Positions 10,078 to 21,215 are shown, counted from the stretch's first letter. The stretch is DNA of 64,000 bases from Candidatus Aenigmatarchaeota archaeon (GCA_038997165.1 JAWBAK010000001.1:342108-406107); one strand, 5' to 3'. Notes: generated by a model from the sequence alone, not told the origin. Numbers and translations: made by a program.

Positions 10078-11496
10078 ATGGAAGAAAGAATAAAAGAAGT
10101 AATTAGAGAGGCGTTAAAAATTTCTGTCCCGTCAAAAGCGGAGTATGAATATATGAATGAAATTAAAGAAAAAGTTTTGCATATTACTCAACAACATGCA
10201 AAAATTTATAATGCAGATGTTATGGTTTGTGGAAGTTTTGCAAAGAATACTTGGTTACCTAAAAAATATGAGATTGATATTTTTATTTTATTTTCTCCTA
10301 AATTAGAGAGAGAAAGATTAGAAGAACTTGGATTAATAATAGGAAAAAGAGTTGCAGAAGAGCTTAATGCTGAATATATTATAGAATATGCAGAACATCC
10401 ATATGTAAGAATAAAATATAGAGATGTTCAAATAGATTTAGTTCCTGCATATAAAGTTGAAAAAGCTAGTGAAAAAATAAGTGCTGTTGATAGAACTCCT
10501 TTTCATACAAAATATGTTATAGAAAAATTAAAAAATGTATTGAATGATGAAGTTAGATTGCTAAAAAAATTTATGATTGCTAATGAAATTTATGGAGCCG
10601 ATGCAAAAACAAATGGATTTAGTGGCTATGCTTGTGAACTTTTAATAATTAATTATGGAACTTTTTTAAATACATTAATAGAAGCAGCTAATTGGAAGCC
10701 AATAACAATTATTGATATAGAAAATTATTATTCTGAAAATGAAAAAGAAATTTTAAAAAAGATTTTTAAAAATCAACCCTTAATAATTATTGATCCTACA
10801 GATAAAGATAGAAATGTTGCTGCAGCAGTTAGTCCATATAATTATTTTAAATTTATTAGTTTAGCAAAGAAATTTTTACAAAATCCTTCAATTTCATTTT
10901 TTGAAAAAAAAGAATATAAGATAGTTGAAGAAGAAGAAATAATAAAATATCAAATTGATAGAAGAACTGAATTAATAATATTAAGATTTATTAGACCAAA
11001 TATTGTTGACGATATAATTTATCCTCAAATGAGAAGATTTGCAAATAGAATTCAAAGTATTTTAGAAAAATATGAGTTTAAAATTTTAAATAAAGATGTT
11101 TTTTGTAACGAAAAATTTTGCTATTTAGTTTTAGAAATGGAAATATCTAAGCTACCAAAAATTGAGAAAAAGAGAGGTCCAATATTTTATGATATTAATA
11201 ACACAAAAAGATTTTTAGAGAAGTATAAGAATTACGTAACTTATGTTGAAAACGATAGATGGTATGCAGAAATACCAAGAAAATTCGTTAGAGCTATAGA
11301 TAAGATTATAGATAGTTTAAGCAAAGATGAAAAAACTTTAAGAGAAAAAGGCATTCCTAGCTTTGTTGCACAGCAAATTTCTAAAGGTTTTGAAATTACT
11401 AATGAAACATCTAAAATATTAACTTTTGTTAAAGAAGATAATGAATTTGGCAAATTCTTAACTAAATTTTTAAATAAAGAAAAATTAGAGATATGA
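10078..11496 (+). CDS. cca: CCA-adding tRNA nucleotidyltransferase (archaeal class I)
   Basis: GSFAKNTWLPKKYEIDIFILF nucleotidyltransferase motif, DRTPFHTKYV, ~470 aa. Confidence 0.9.
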   Translation: MEERIKEVIREALKISVPSKAEYEYMNEIKEKVLHITQQHAKIYNADVMVCGSFAKNTWLPKKYEIDIFILFSPKLERERLEELGLIIGKRVAEELNAEYIIEYAEHPYVRIKYRDVQIDLVPAYKVEKASEKISAVDRTPFHTKYVIEKLKNVLNDEVRLLKKFMIANEIYGADAKTNGFSGYACELLIINYGTFLNTLIEAANWKPITIIDIENYYSENEKEILKKIFKNQPLIIIDPTDKDRNVAAAVSPYNYFKFISLAKKFLQNPSISFFEKKEYKIVEEEEIIKYQIDRRTELIILRFIRPNIVDDIIYPQMRRFANRIQSILEKYEFKILNKDVFCNEKFCYLVLEMEISKLPKIEKKRGPIFYDINNTKRFLEKYKNYVTYVENDRWYAEIPRKFVRAIDKIIDSLSKDEKTLREKGIPSFVAQQISKGFEITNETSKILTFVKEDNEFGKFLTKFLNKEKLEI

Positions 11497-12239
11497 GAGT
11501 AATTGCAATTACTAGCGGAAAAGGTGGTGTTGGAAAAACTTTTTTTTCTGTTAATTTAGCTACAGCATTAACAAAATTAGGCAAAAGCGTAACTTTAATA
11601 GATGCTAATTTTACAACTCCAAACACAGCTTTAATTAGCGGATATTTAACATTTTTTAATACAATTCACGATTTTTTAAGCGAAAGAATTAATGATATTT
11701 CTAAAGTAATATATAAAACATCCTATGGTTTTAAAATAGTTCCAGGAAGTATAGATTTAAATTCTATGATTGATGCAAGAATTGAAAGATTTAATTTATT
11801 TTTAGAAAAAATAAAAGATGAATTTATAATACTAGATACTGCAGCTGGAATTGGAAGAGAAGCAATTTCTTCTATAATGAATTCGAAAGAAATAATAATT
11901 GTTGTTAATCCTGAAATATCTAGTATAATAGATGCTAAAAGAGTTATAGAAGTTTGTAATAAGATTGATAAAAAAATTTTAGCATTAGTTGCAAATAAAA
12001 TTAATAAGAAAGAGGATGTTAAAAAAATTGAAAAATATTTAAATTTAGAAGTAAACCTAATTTTACCAGAAGATAAAAGAGTTAAAGATTCTATTGAAAA
12101 AAGAATTCCATTTATAGAACTTTATCCATCTTCCTATATAGCTTCTCAAATTCTAAACTTTGCAAGCTATTTAAGTGGGGAATTATACGAATTTAAACCA
12201 AACCTTTTTGAAAGAATTAAATATTCATTTTACTTATAA
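11493..12239 (+). CDS. minD: MinD/ParA-family P-loop ATPase
   Basis: Deviant Walker A SGKGGVGKT; ~250 aa. Confidence 0.8.
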   Translation: MRVIAITSGKGGVGKTFFSVNLATALTKLGKSVTLIDANFTTPNTALISGYLTFFNTIHDFLSERINDISKVIYKTSYGFKIVPGSIDLNSMIDARIERFNLFLEKIKDEFIILDTAAGIGREAISSIMNSKEIIIVVNPEISSIIDAKRVIEVCNKIDKKILALVANKINKKEDVKKIEKYLNLEVNLILPEDKRVKDSIEKRIPFIELYPSSYIASQILNFASYLSGELYEFKPNLFERIKYSFYL

Positions 12240-12242
12240 TTT

Positions 12243-12779
12243 ATGAATGTTTTTGAAGCAATAGAAAAAAGAAAAAGTATAAGAAAATATAAAAATATAA
12301 AAGTTGATTTAAAGTACATAATGGCAATATTAGAATATGCAATTTTAGCACCTTCTGCTGGAAATGTACAAGAATGGAGATTTATTATAATTGATGATAA
12401 TAAAACAAAAGAAAAATTAGCAAAAGCAGCATATGATCAAGATTTCATTAAAGAAGCACCATATGTAATAGCTGTTTGTGCTGATGAGGAAGAAATTTAT
12501 AATGCTTATGGAAAGAGAGGAAAAGAAAGATATATGTACATGGATTGTTCCTTTGCTGCTGCTAATATACTTTTAGTGGCAGCTGCACTCGATTTAGGAA
12601 CTTGTGTAGTTGCAGCTTTTGACGATTCAGAAGTAAGTAAAATTTTAGGTTTACCAGAAAGTATAAAACCGATATTTTTAATACCTATAGGTTATGCGGA
12701 TGAAGATCCAATAAGACCAGAAAGAAAATCTTTAGCTTCATTAGTTTTTTATAATCAATATGGCAAAAAACTTAAATAA
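12243..12779 (+). CDS. Nitroreductase-family protein
   Basis: RKSIRKY...APSAGNVQEWRFI and ...IPIGY, classic nitroreductase fold motifs. Confidence 0.75.
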   Translation: MNVFEAIEKRKSIRKYKNIKVDLKYIMAILEYAILAPSAGNVQEWRFIIIDDNKTKEKLAKAAYDQDFIKEAPYVIAVCADEEEIYNAYGKRGKERYMYMDCSFAAANILLVAAALDLGTCVVAAFDDSEVSKILGLPESIKPIFLIPIGYADEDPIRPERKSLASLVFYNQYGKKLK

Positions 12780-12800
12780 TTTTAAAAACAATAATTCATA

Positions 12801-14195
12801 ATGAGTAAAAACAAAATTTATTGTAATTTAACATTTATAAAGTTCTTTTTATTACAAATATTTTTATTTTTTGTCTTTATTCCTACATATTCACAAATTG
12901 CTATATCTTCTTTTTCAGATATTTTTATTAAAAATGTAGAGCTAAATATTCCAACATTTTATAATATAATTGCTGGTCAAAAGGCATCTATACCAATTCA
13001 GATAAAGAATTTAGAATCTAAAGAGATTAAAGTTTTTTTAAACATTTTTCCACCTTATTATGAAGGTATTTCTGCATACTTTGAAAAAAATGAAATAATA
13101 GTTAAACCAAATTCTGAAGTAACAACTCAATTAATAATTTCTACTCCAATTGATACAAAAGACAAAATAGTGACTTATCAAATTTATGTAAATGTAAATG
13201 GAATAGAAAAAATATATAGATTAAATCTTAATGTTATTGGAATAAAGGGTGAAATAAAAATTGAAAATTTTGGAATAAATAAAATATTGTTTGATCCAGA
13301 AGAAGAATTAAAAATTTTTGTAGAATTTAAAAATACAAAAGATTATTCAACTTCTATAAAAATTAAAACAGAGATACTAAGAGAAAATGAATTAATAGAT
13401 TTTTATGAGAGACACTTAAATATTTTAAGATATTCTTTATCAAATTTTACATTTGAATATAAATTTACTTTTTATCATAAACCTGGAAAATATTTAATTA
13501 ATATTTATTCTTTTGATGAAAAGGAAAATTTAATTTCAAAATTAACGTTTGAAGTAAATCTAAAAGAAATAAGGGACATAAAAAAAGAAGTTATTAAGGA
13601 ACAATCATTTTGGTTTTATAGAGTAAATTTATTTATTAAAAATATAGGTAATGTAAAGCAAACATTTACTTTAGAAGAAGAATTTCCATTAATAATAAGA
13701 CCGTTCGTAGTTTTTGAAAATATAAAGCCAATAATATTTGATGGTAAAGCTATTTGGAATGTAACTCTAGATCCATTAGAAGAAATTGTTATTTCTTATT
13801 CCATTGCTTATTGGATTCCTATTTCTATAATTAGTTTATTAATTGCATTAACCTTTTTCTACTTTTTGTTAGGCATTATATTTCCAAAAATATATAAAAG
13901 ATATGAAAAAAGCGAAGATATTTACAAAATTAAAATAATTGTTAAGAATACAACAACTAAAAGAATGAAAAACATAGAAATAACAGATTTTGTTCCTTTG
14001 CTATTTACTATTCAAAATTTTGAAACATTAAAACCTCAAATTAAAAAAACCAAAGAAGGATATAATTTAATTTGGAAAATTAGGGAACTAAGACCAAAAG
14101 AAGAAGTAATCATTTCTTATTCTATTAAACCTATCATAGAAATTATCGGAGAGTTAAAATTTCCTAAGCCTAAAGTTAAATATGTATTGAGATAA
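12801..14195 (+). CDS. Large secreted/membrane-anchored protein, uncharacterised
   Basis: N-terminal signal-like segment, beta-rich repetitive body, internal TM near residue 340. No family recognised. Confidence 0.3.
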   Translation: MSKNKIYCNLTFIKFFLLQIFLFFVFIPTYSQIAISSFSDIFIKNVELNIPTFYNIIAGQKASIPIQIKNLESKEIKVFLNIFPPYYEGISAYFEKNEIIVKPNSEVTTQLIISTPIDTKDKIVTYQIYVNVNGIEKIYRLNLNVIGIKGEIKIENFGINKILFDPEEELKIFVEFKNTKDYSTSIKIKTEILRENELIDFYERHLNILRYSLSNFTFEYKFTFYHKPGKYLINIYSFDEKENLISKLTFEVNLKEIRDIKKEVIKEQSFWFYRVNLFIKNIGNVKQTFTLEEEFPLIIRPFVVFENIKPIIFDGKAIWNVTLDPLEEIVISYSIAYWIPISIISLLIALTFFYFLLGIIFPKIYKRYEKSEDIYKIKIIVKNTTTKRMKNIEITDFVPLLFTIQNFETLKPQIKKTKEGYNLIWKIRELRPKEEVIISYSIKPIIEIIGELKFPKPKVKYVLR

Positions 14196-14203
14196 TAAAT
14201 TTT

Positions 14204-15409
14204 ATGCTTGAAAACATATTTTTTGTTTTAGTAGATGGTTTAAGTGATTTATTAAGGGAAAAAACTCCATTAAGAGAAGCAGCGAAGCCAAATATTTCAT
14301 CTATTTTATCAAAATCTATAGTTGCAAAATTTTGGATATTTAATGAAAAAACTTGGCCAAAAAGTGGATATGCTAGTGTAAGTCAATACGCTAATTTTAG
14401 CATCTTAGGTTACGATATAAGAAGATTATATATAAGAAGAGGTGTAGTTGAGGCTATTGGAAGCGATTTAGAATATAAAAACGGATGGCTTGCAATTAGA
14501 GTTGATTTTGGTTGTGTTGATAATAATTTAATTGTTATTGATAGAAGAGTTGGTAGAAATATATATGGTATAGATAAAATTGTTGAAGATTTTAATAAAA
14601 TTGATTTTAATGTTCCATTTATTTTAAAAAGAACATATGGTCATAGGGGAGTTTTAATATTAAAAGAAAAGTTAAGTGATGAAATTACAAATAGCGATCC
14701 GTTAGAAAATAATAAAAGAGTTAATTTTGTTTTACCAACATCGAAAAAGAAAAAAGCAAAAGAATCTGCTAAAATTGTTCAAACTTTGTTAGAAAAATTT
14801 TATTTTTTTACAAAAAAGCATGAAATAAATAAAAAAAGAAAAGAAATGGGATTATTAGAAGTTAACTATTTATTAACGAGAGAAGCAGGTAACAAATTAC
14901 CAAAAGTACCTAATTTTTTAAAAAAGTATAGATTTAGAAATGGAATAGTAATAAGTGAAAATGGTGTTATTAAAGGAAGTTGTAAAATTGCTGGATTTAA
15001 TTCTTTAACAGTTGAAGAAATGGAGCTAGAAAATCAGTTTAAATTCATTTTTGAAAAAGCATTAGAATTAAGAAAAAAATATCAAATAATTTATATGCAT
15101 ATTAAAGGTGCAGATGAAGCAGCACACGATAAAAATTGTGAAAAGAAAAAAAATATTATCGAAAAAATTGATGAACATATAGGATATTTATTAAATAATG
15201 TTAATTTTGAAAATTCTGCATTAATAATTACTGGAGATCATATTACTGATTGCATTACAGGAAAACACGAATATGGATTTGTACCAATATTAATATATAG
15301 TGAAAAAATAAAAGGAACTAAGGCTAAGAATTTTAGCGAAATAGATGCATATAAATCTAAAAAAGAATTTAGGCCAAAAAATTTGTGGAATTTTCTTAAA
15401 AAATTATGA
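14204..15409 (+). CDS. apgM: Cofactor-independent phosphoglycerate mutase, archaeal type (ApgM)
   Basis: VLVDGLSD N-terminus, HIKGADEAAHD, ITGDHITD. Overlaps the downstream enolase gene by 4 nt. Confidence 0.8.
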   Translation: MLENIFFVLVDGLSDLLREKTPLREAAKPNISSILSKSIVAKFWIFNEKTWPKSGYASVSQYANFSILGYDIRRLYIRRGVVEAIGSDLEYKNGWLAIRVDFGCVDNNLIVIDRRVGRNIYGIDKIVEDFNKIDFNVPFILKRTYGHRGVLILKEKLSDEITNSDPLENNKRVNFVLPTSKKKKAKESAKIVQTLLEKFYFFTKKHEINKKRKEMGLLEVNYLLTREAGNKLPKVPNFLKKYRFRNGIVISENGVIKGSCKIAGFNSLTVEEMELENQFKFIFEKALELRKKYQIIYMHIKGADEAAHDKNCEKKKNIIEKIDEHIGYLLNNVNFENSALIITGDHITDCITGKHEYGFVPILIYSEKIKGTKAKNFSEIDAYKSKKEFRPKNLWNFLKKL

Positions 15410-16587
15410 TAGTTAGAGATATAAAAATTAGAGAAATTTTTTCTCATAATCTAAAGGAAACAATTGAAGTAGAGGTTGAAATTTCTAAAGGAAAAGTAAG
15501 AGCTAGTGTTCCTATAGGAACTAGTAGAGGAATTTATGAAGTTGAATATTTACCAACAAAAGAAGTTATTAAAAATTTTTTGGAAATAAGGGAAAAATTT
15601 AGAATGAAGGAATTTAAGAATTTTGAAGAAGTTGATAATATAATTTTAGAGTATGATAAATCAGAAAAATTAAATAAAATTGGTGGAAATTTAGCTTTGG
15701 CAATTTCCTTAGCAATGCTAAAAGCGTTTGCATTGCACGAAGATTTAGAAGTTTTTGAATATGTAAGTAGCTATTTTAATTTTAAAATAAAAATTCCTAA
15801 GCCAGTATGCAATGTAATAGGTGGGGGAAAACATTTTGGTGGAAGTGATTTTCAGGAATTTTTATTAATTGGAAAGACTTCAAATTTTAAAGAAGAAATA
15901 AAAAAAATAATAAATTTATACTTTAAAATTGCTGAAAGATTAAAAAAAGAAGATAGATCATTTAATTTTGGAAGAAATTTAGAATCTGCATGGATAACGA
16001 ATTTATCAACTAAAAGAATTCTAGAAATTCTTAGAAACTTTTCAAAAGAATATGAACTATATGTAGGAATAGATGTAGCCGCTTCTTCTTTTTATGATGC
16101 TTCTAAAAAAATGTATGTATATGAAAAAGAAGGATTAGAACTAAATAGAATAGAGCAACTAAGCTATTTATATGATTTGATTAAAGAGTATGAAATTTTT
16201 TATATTGAAGACCCATTTTATGAAGAAGATTTTGTAAGTTTTGCAACATTATTATCTCATTTTCCTCAAAAATTAATTGTTGGAGATGATTTAACAACTA
16301 CTAATTTAGAAAGATTAAAAAAAGCGAGCGAATTAAAGTCAATAAATGGAATAATAATTAAACCAAATCAAATAGGCTTAATTACAAAAGTTGCAGAAGT
16401 TATAAAATTTGCTAAGAAGAATGATATAAAAATAATATTTTCTCATAGAAGTGGAGAAACAGAAGATCCAGTAATTTCTCAGCTTGCTGTAGGATTTGGT
16501 AGCGAATATATAAAATTAGGAATTGCTGGAGAGAGAACCATTAAGATAAACGAAATTTTAAGAATAGAAGAAAAAATTTTAGGGTAA
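15406..16587 (+). CDS. eno: Enolase
   Basis: SHRSGETED signature, IKPNQIG, GDDLTTTN. Confidence 0.9.
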   Translation: MIVRDIKIREIFSHNLKETIEVEVEISKGKVRASVPIGTSRGIYEVEYLPTKEVIKNFLEIREKFRMKEFKNFEEVDNIILEYDKSEKLNKIGGNLALAISLAMLKAFALHEDLEVFEYVSSYFNFKIKIPKPVCNVIGGGKHFGGSDFQEFLLIGKTSNFKEEIKKIINLYFKIAERLKKEDRSFNFGRNLESAWITNLSTKRILEILRNFSKEYELYVGIDVAASSFYDASKKMYVYEKEGLELNRIEQLSYLYDLIKEYEIFYIEDPFYEEDFVSFATLLSHFPQKLIVGDDLTTTNLERLKKASELKSINGIIIKPNQIGLITKVAEVIKFAKKNDIKIIFSHRSGETEDPVISQLAVGFGSEYIKLGIAGERTIKINEILRIEEKILG

Positions 16588-17850
16588 AATAAATAAATTA
16601 TTTTCATAAGTTGGTACAATTGCTTGTATTCCTCTTTCGTTTAATTCTTTTTCAAATTTTTCTAAATTTTCACCATGAACAATAAAAACAATATTTGGAT
16701 TTACCTTTTCTATAAATTCGAATAATTCACTTCTATCTGCATGTGCAGAAAATTCATAAAGTTTATATTTGCTTTTAACTTTTTTATTAAAACCATCCTT
16801 TGTAATCAATTTTCCAGTTTCTAATAAAATTCTTCCAGTAGTTTTTTCAAGTTGATAACAAGTTAAAAATATTGCATCATTTTCGTTATTATAAATTTTT
16901 TTAACATAATATTCGGCTGGACCACCTTCTAACATTCCAGAACCACAGATAATAATTTTTGGATCTTTTTTCATTATAATTTCTTTTCTTTGTGCTTTTC
17001 TTTTAACTTTTTTCGAATTTTTTAAAGCTTCTAAAAAATATTTTTTTTCATTCAAATAATTTTCAAATTTTTGATATATTTTAGATATTTCTATTACCAT
17101 ACCATCTAAGTAAATATCTACTTCTTTATGTATATTATATTTTCCTAAAATTGTCAAAATTTCTTGAGATCTTCCAACAGCTAAAGAAGGAAGTAAAATT
17201 GTACCATCTTTATCTAAAACTTCTCTTATATCATTTATAAATTCTTTTTCCAATTTATCTCTTTCTGGTAAATTTTTATACCAATATGTCCCTTCAATTA
17301 TCAAAATATCTGGATTTTTTTCTGGAAAATTGCAACCAAAAGTTAAATTAGTTTTTCTAAGTTTAAAATCACCAGTATATAAAATTCTCTTATTATTTAT
17401 TTCTAGTTCAATCATAGAAGCTCCTAATATATGGCCTGCATCTATAAATTTGAAACTAAAACTTTTCTTTTCAAAAACTTTTTCATAGCTAACATTTCTA
17501 AATTTTGAAATAATTTTTGAAATATCGTTTTCATCGAATGGAAAGTTAATTTTCTTTTTTCTAAGTACTTTAAGGTTATCTCTTAAAAGTATACTTGTAA
17601 TTTCTTTTGAAGCTCTTAATGCATAAATTTTTGTTTTATTTTTTGAAAAATAAGTTATATAACCGCTATGATCTAAATGGGAATGAGATAATAAAATGTA
17701 ATTAACATTTTCAACCTTTAAAGGTGTTTTTGGTGGATTTTCAAAAACTTTTAGTCCATAATCTAAAAGAATTTTTTCACTATTACTTTCTATTAAAATT
17801 CCACTATTTCCGATTTCGTTTAGTGCGCCTAAAAATTTAATCTTTATCAT
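16579..17850 (-). CDS. Metallo-beta-lactamase/beta-CASP ribonuclease (aCPSF2-like)
   Basis: HSHLDHSG motif, ~420 aa, C-terminal HGE motif typical of the beta-CASP family. Confidence 0.7.
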   Translation of the reverse strand: MIKIKFLGALNEIGNSGILIESNSEKILLDYGLKVFENPPKTPLKVENVNYILLSHSHLDHSGYITYFSKNKTKIYALRASKEITSILLRDNLKVLRKKKINFPFDENDISKIISKFRNVSYEKVFEKKSFSFKFIDAGHILGASMIELEINNKRILYTGDFKLRKTNLTFGCNFPEKNPDILIIEGTYWYKNLPERDKLEKEFINDIREVLDKDGTILLPSLAVGRSQEILTILGKYNIHKEVDIYLDGMVIEISKIYQKFENYLNEKKYFLEALKNSKKVKRKAQRKEIIMKKDPKIIICGSGMLEGGPAEYYVKKIYNNENDAIFLTCYQLEKTTGRILLETGKLITKDGFNKKVKSKYKLYEFSAHADRSELFEFIEKVNPNIVFIVHGENLEKFEKELNERGIQAIVPTYENNLFILP

Positions 17851-17860
17851 TTAATAATTT

Positions 17861-18424
17861 ATGGTTAAAATAATTAAATATTTAAGTATATTAACTTTGT
17901 TATTTTTTTTAATCTCTTTTTCACATACTTTTACTCCTTATAAATTTTCTATAATATTACCAAAAAATCTAAATACAAAATTAAATGAAGAAGTTCAAAT
18001 ATCTTTAATTGTAAAAAATATTGGAATGATTGGCGATCGATATAACATATCTATTATTCCATCTACTCAAGATATATTTATTTCTTCAAATTTTTTTGAA
18101 TTTTTATTAGAGCCACAAGATTCAAAAGTAGTGCCAATAAATTTAATTGTTTACTCAACACTAGGTAATAAATTTATTAATGTAACTGTGTGTAGTTTAG
18201 GTTTATTAAATCAAATTAGAGTAGAAAATAAAGGTAGCTTTATTTGTAATTCTGAAGAATGTGAACTAAAAGAAGGTTATTCTTGTATTACATCTTTAAT
18301 AAATTTAAGAGTTGCAACCTTTAGTTTAGGAGAACATATAAATGAATTTATAATATTTCTTCTATTTTTGATAATATTTGTGATTTTGTTAAGTTTTGTG
18401 GAATATAGGCGCCAGAAGCTTTAA
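17861..18424 (+). CDS. Secreted protein with C-terminal TM anchor, uncharacterised
   Basis: Signal-like N-terminus and hydrophobic C-terminal helix followed by basic residues. The 3' end overlaps the convergent DHH gene. Confidence 0.3.
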   Translation: MVKIIKYLSILTLLFFLISFSHTFTPYKFSIILPKNLNTKLNEEVQISLIVKNIGMIGDRYNISIIPSTQDIFISSNFFEFLLEPQDSKVVPINLIVYSTLGNKFINVTVCSLGLLNQIRVENKGSFICNSEECELKEGYSCITSLINLRVATFSLGEHINEFIIFLLFLIIFVILLSFVEYRRQKL

Positions 18425-19238
18425 AATGACCACCACCATTAAAGAATTTCGCTATATTATGAACATCTATATCTTTTATACTTCTAAATTCTAATTTTAC
18501 TCCTTTAAAGCCTCTATAAATTATTATTAAAAAATCTATATCTTTTTCCTTTAAATATTCAAAAACTATATATGGTGGTATAGTGTTTTTTGTTTCTAAA
18601 ACTCCAACATTAAGATTTTTTATCCTAACAATTTCAAAATTTTCTTCAATAAATTTTTCAAAATCTTTTTTTATTTTTTCAAATTCTATCATAGAGTTTT
18701 TAACATCTTCTTTATTTATAAATTCTTCTGGACTAAAATTTAAAATTTTTTTTGCAAGAAAACTAAAATATTTATTACACAATTTTCCATACTTTATTTT
18801 TAAATGTGCAAAATAATCTCTAATGATTTTTGCTTCTTCTCTTTTACAATTATTTGTATCTATTTCATTAACTATTTCTATCCAAGGAGAATAGAAATTA
18901 AAGTAATTACCAACTAAATTTGAGGCGCTTTTACTTTTTGAATCTATTATTATTTCAAAATTTTGAAAATTTGGAATTCTTTCATTTATATGATGATCTA
19001 TCCAAACAACTTTTTTAAATAGAACAGATGAAATTTTTGCAATTTCTTCTTTAATACTTAAATCAAAGAAATAAATATTATTGAAATTTTGAATTTTTGA
19101 AAGAACTTTAAAGAATGTATATTTAAATGAAAGATTTGAAGTAAAATATATTTTAGAGTTTTTTTGAAATTTTAGTGCTATTGCAGCACTTATTAATCCA
19201 TCTAAATCATTATGCGAAATTATTATATTTTCCTCCAT
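18348..19238 (-). CDS. DHH/DHHA1-family phosphoesterase (NrnA/RecJ-like)
   Basis: ISHNDLDGLISAAI (DHH motif I/II region), DHH at WIDHHIN, GGGH near the C-terminus. Confidence 0.7.
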   Translation of the reverse strand: MEENIIISHNDLDGLISAAIALKFQKNSKIYFTSNLSFKYTFFKVLSKIQNFNNIYFFDLSIKEEIAKISSVLFKKVVWIDHHINERIPNFQNFEIIIDSKSKSASNLVGNYFNFYSPWIEIVNEIDTNNCKREEAKIIRDYFAHLKIKYGKLCNKYFSFLAKKILNFSPEEFINKEDVKNSMIEFEKIKKDFEKFIEENFEIVRIKNLNVGVLETKNTIPPYIVFEYLKEKDIDFLIIIYRGFKGVKLEFRSIKDIDVHNIAKFFNGGGHFKASGAYIPQNLTKSQILSKIEEIL

Positions 19239-20005
19239 TAAATAAGTAATAAAGTTTCTATAAAAGCACCTATTAATAGTAAAATAACTCCAACAAAATA
19301 TAACCTTATAGAATCTATTAGAATATATTTTGAATTAAATTTTTTCTTTATAAAATAAGAAGAAAGTAGTATTCCAGCTGATGTTCCAAGAAAATATGCA
19401 ATAAATTCAAAAATACCATGAGGCATAAATGTTAAAAATCCAATTAGAATTCCTTGAATTCCATGGGAATGAATCATAATTCCTATTGCAGCTGCTAATA
19501 TTGTAATATTCCAAACTAATACTATTAATATTCCTCCATATATAAACGAAAGAATAAATGATAATGTTAAAACACCAAAATTATTTAGGAAAATTTTTAT
19601 AAATCCTTCTCCAAAAATAAAATTTCCTCTAATTTTTTCAATAGTATTTATTTGCTGCTTAAAAATTTCATTTACTATTTCTTTTGGTAAAAAAAGAAAT
19701 AAGCTAGTTAAACCAAATAGAATACCAAAAAATATTATTAAAAAAGATTTTATAGTTTCATAATGTCTTTCAACGAAACTTTCTTTAAATCTATATATGG
19801 ATTTTTTCATATTCACTAAAATTAATTTTCTTAATAAAGGCCAAATAGTTATGGAAATAAAAAATGTAACAAATATTCCTACAAATTCTCTAAATATTAC
19901 GTATGAAATATAAACACTTATAATAGAAACAATTGAACAGTATAAAAATGCAATAAAAGGGTTTCTTTTTAATAAATTTTCATTAATTAAAGATTCGAGT
20001 ACCAT
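19238..20005 (-). CDS. SpoIIM-like (DUF95) membrane protein
   Basis: Polytopic; PHGIFEFIAYFLG motif is characteristic of the stage II sporulation protein M family. Confidence 0.5.
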   Translation of the reverse strand: MVLESLINENLLKRNPFIAFLYCSIVSIISVYISYVIFREFVGIFVTFFISITIWPLLRKLILVNMKKSIYRFKESFVERHYETIKSFLIIFFGILFGLTSLFLFLPKEIVNEIFKQQINTIEKIRGNFIFGEGFIKIFLNNFGVLTLSFILSFIYGGILIVLVWNITILAAAIGIMIHSHGIQGILIGFLTFMPHGIFEFIAYFLGTSAGILLSSYFIKKKFNSKYILIDSIRLYFVGVILLLIGAFIETLLLI

Positions 20006-20012
20006 AATATTT

Positions 20013-20432
20013 ATGAAAATAAAAATTAGTAAGAAAGTACTAGTAATGCTTTCAACAATTTTAATTATATTTCTCTTTCTTTCGTCATATTTACCTAGCT
20101 ATGTAAATAATTCTTATTCTTCTTTTTTATCAGAAGAAAATATAAATTTTTTTGAACCAACGAGAGAGTTAAAAATATATTTGTTACAAAAAGGAAAAAC
20201 AATTGTTTTGATTTATGGTTATTCTAATATTTCAATAAATGAATTAAATAACTTAGTAGAAATTTTTTCAAAAAATGTATATTTCTTTTTAATTAATTCT
20301 TCAATAACTCAAGCATTTATAATTTCTCCGATTTATGAAAAAACAATTTTCAATATTTCGTATTATAATTTGCTAAAAGAACTATGTAGAGCAAGTTTGG
20401 AAGCGCCGATAGAATGTATAGAAATAATTTAA
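20013..20432 (+). CDS. Small secreted/membrane-anchored protein, uncharacterised
   Basis: N-terminal TM/signal segment; no family recognised. Confidence 0.25.
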   Translation: MKIKISKKVLVMLSTILIIFLFLSSYLPSYVNNSYSSFLSEENINFFEPTRELKIYLLQKGKTIVLIYGYSNISINELNNLVEIFSKNVYFFLINSSITQAFIISPIYEKTIFNISYYNLLKELCRASLEAPIECIEII

Positions 20433-21004
20433 TTTTTTGCGGTATTGATCTAGCTGGAAGCGAGAAAAGAATTAGTGGTATAGCGTTTTTAGATAAAGAT
20501 TTAAATGTTAGATGTTATTCTGTTTTTTCAAATGAAGAAATTATAGAAAAAATAGAAAAATTTAAGCCAATTATTATTTCTATAGATGCTCCGTTATCTT
20601 TACCTAAAGGAAGAAAAAGCTTAGAAGAAAAATCAAATATTCATTTCAGAAAGTGTGATTTAGAATTAAAAAAATTAAAAATAAAGTTTTTTCCACTAAC
20701 GCTAGGTCCTATGAGAAAATTAACAGAAAGGGGGATTTTTTTAAAGAAGCTTTTAACTAAAAATGGTTATAAAGTTTTAGAAACATTTCCTGGAGCGTTT
20801 TATGATTTAAATAAAATAGATAGAAAAAATTTTAGAGAAATTCTTAATTTTTTTAAAAAGATTTTAAATATAAAATCTAAAATAAAAAATCTACATGAGT
20901 TAGATGCAATAACTTGTGCTTATATTTCATATTTATATTATAATGGCAAAACAAAAGAAATTGGAGAAAAAGAAGAAGGAACGATTATTATACCTAGAAT
21001 TTAA
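20414..21004 (+). CDS. RNase H-fold predicted nuclease (DUF429/COG2410-like)
   Basis: CGIDLAGSEKRISGIAFLD and ISIDAPLSLP resemble the DUF429 family. Weak by-eye call. Confidence 0.35.
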   Translation: MYRNNLIFCGIDLAGSEKRISGIAFLDKDLNVRCYSVFSNEEIIEKIEKFKPIIISIDAPLSLPKGRKSLEEKSNIHFRKCDLELKKLKIKFFPLTLGPMRKLTERGIFLKKLLTKNGYKVLETFPGAFYDLNKIDRKNFREILNFFKKILNIKSKIKNLHELDAITCAYISYLYYNGKTKEIGEKEEGTIIIPRI

Positions 21005-21215
21005 TTTTTTTAATTTTTTCAAATTCTATATTTTATTTCAAATTCTATATTTTATTAACGATTTAATCTATTTTAAAAGTTTAACTGCTATAGTAATTTT
21101 TTTTCAAAATTTAATAAATCCTCTATCAATTCTAATTAGATTTTTTGACGGAATAAAAAATTTAAATATTTTAGAAATAAATACTTTTTTAATAATTTTT
21201 TTCATTTCTTTCTTT

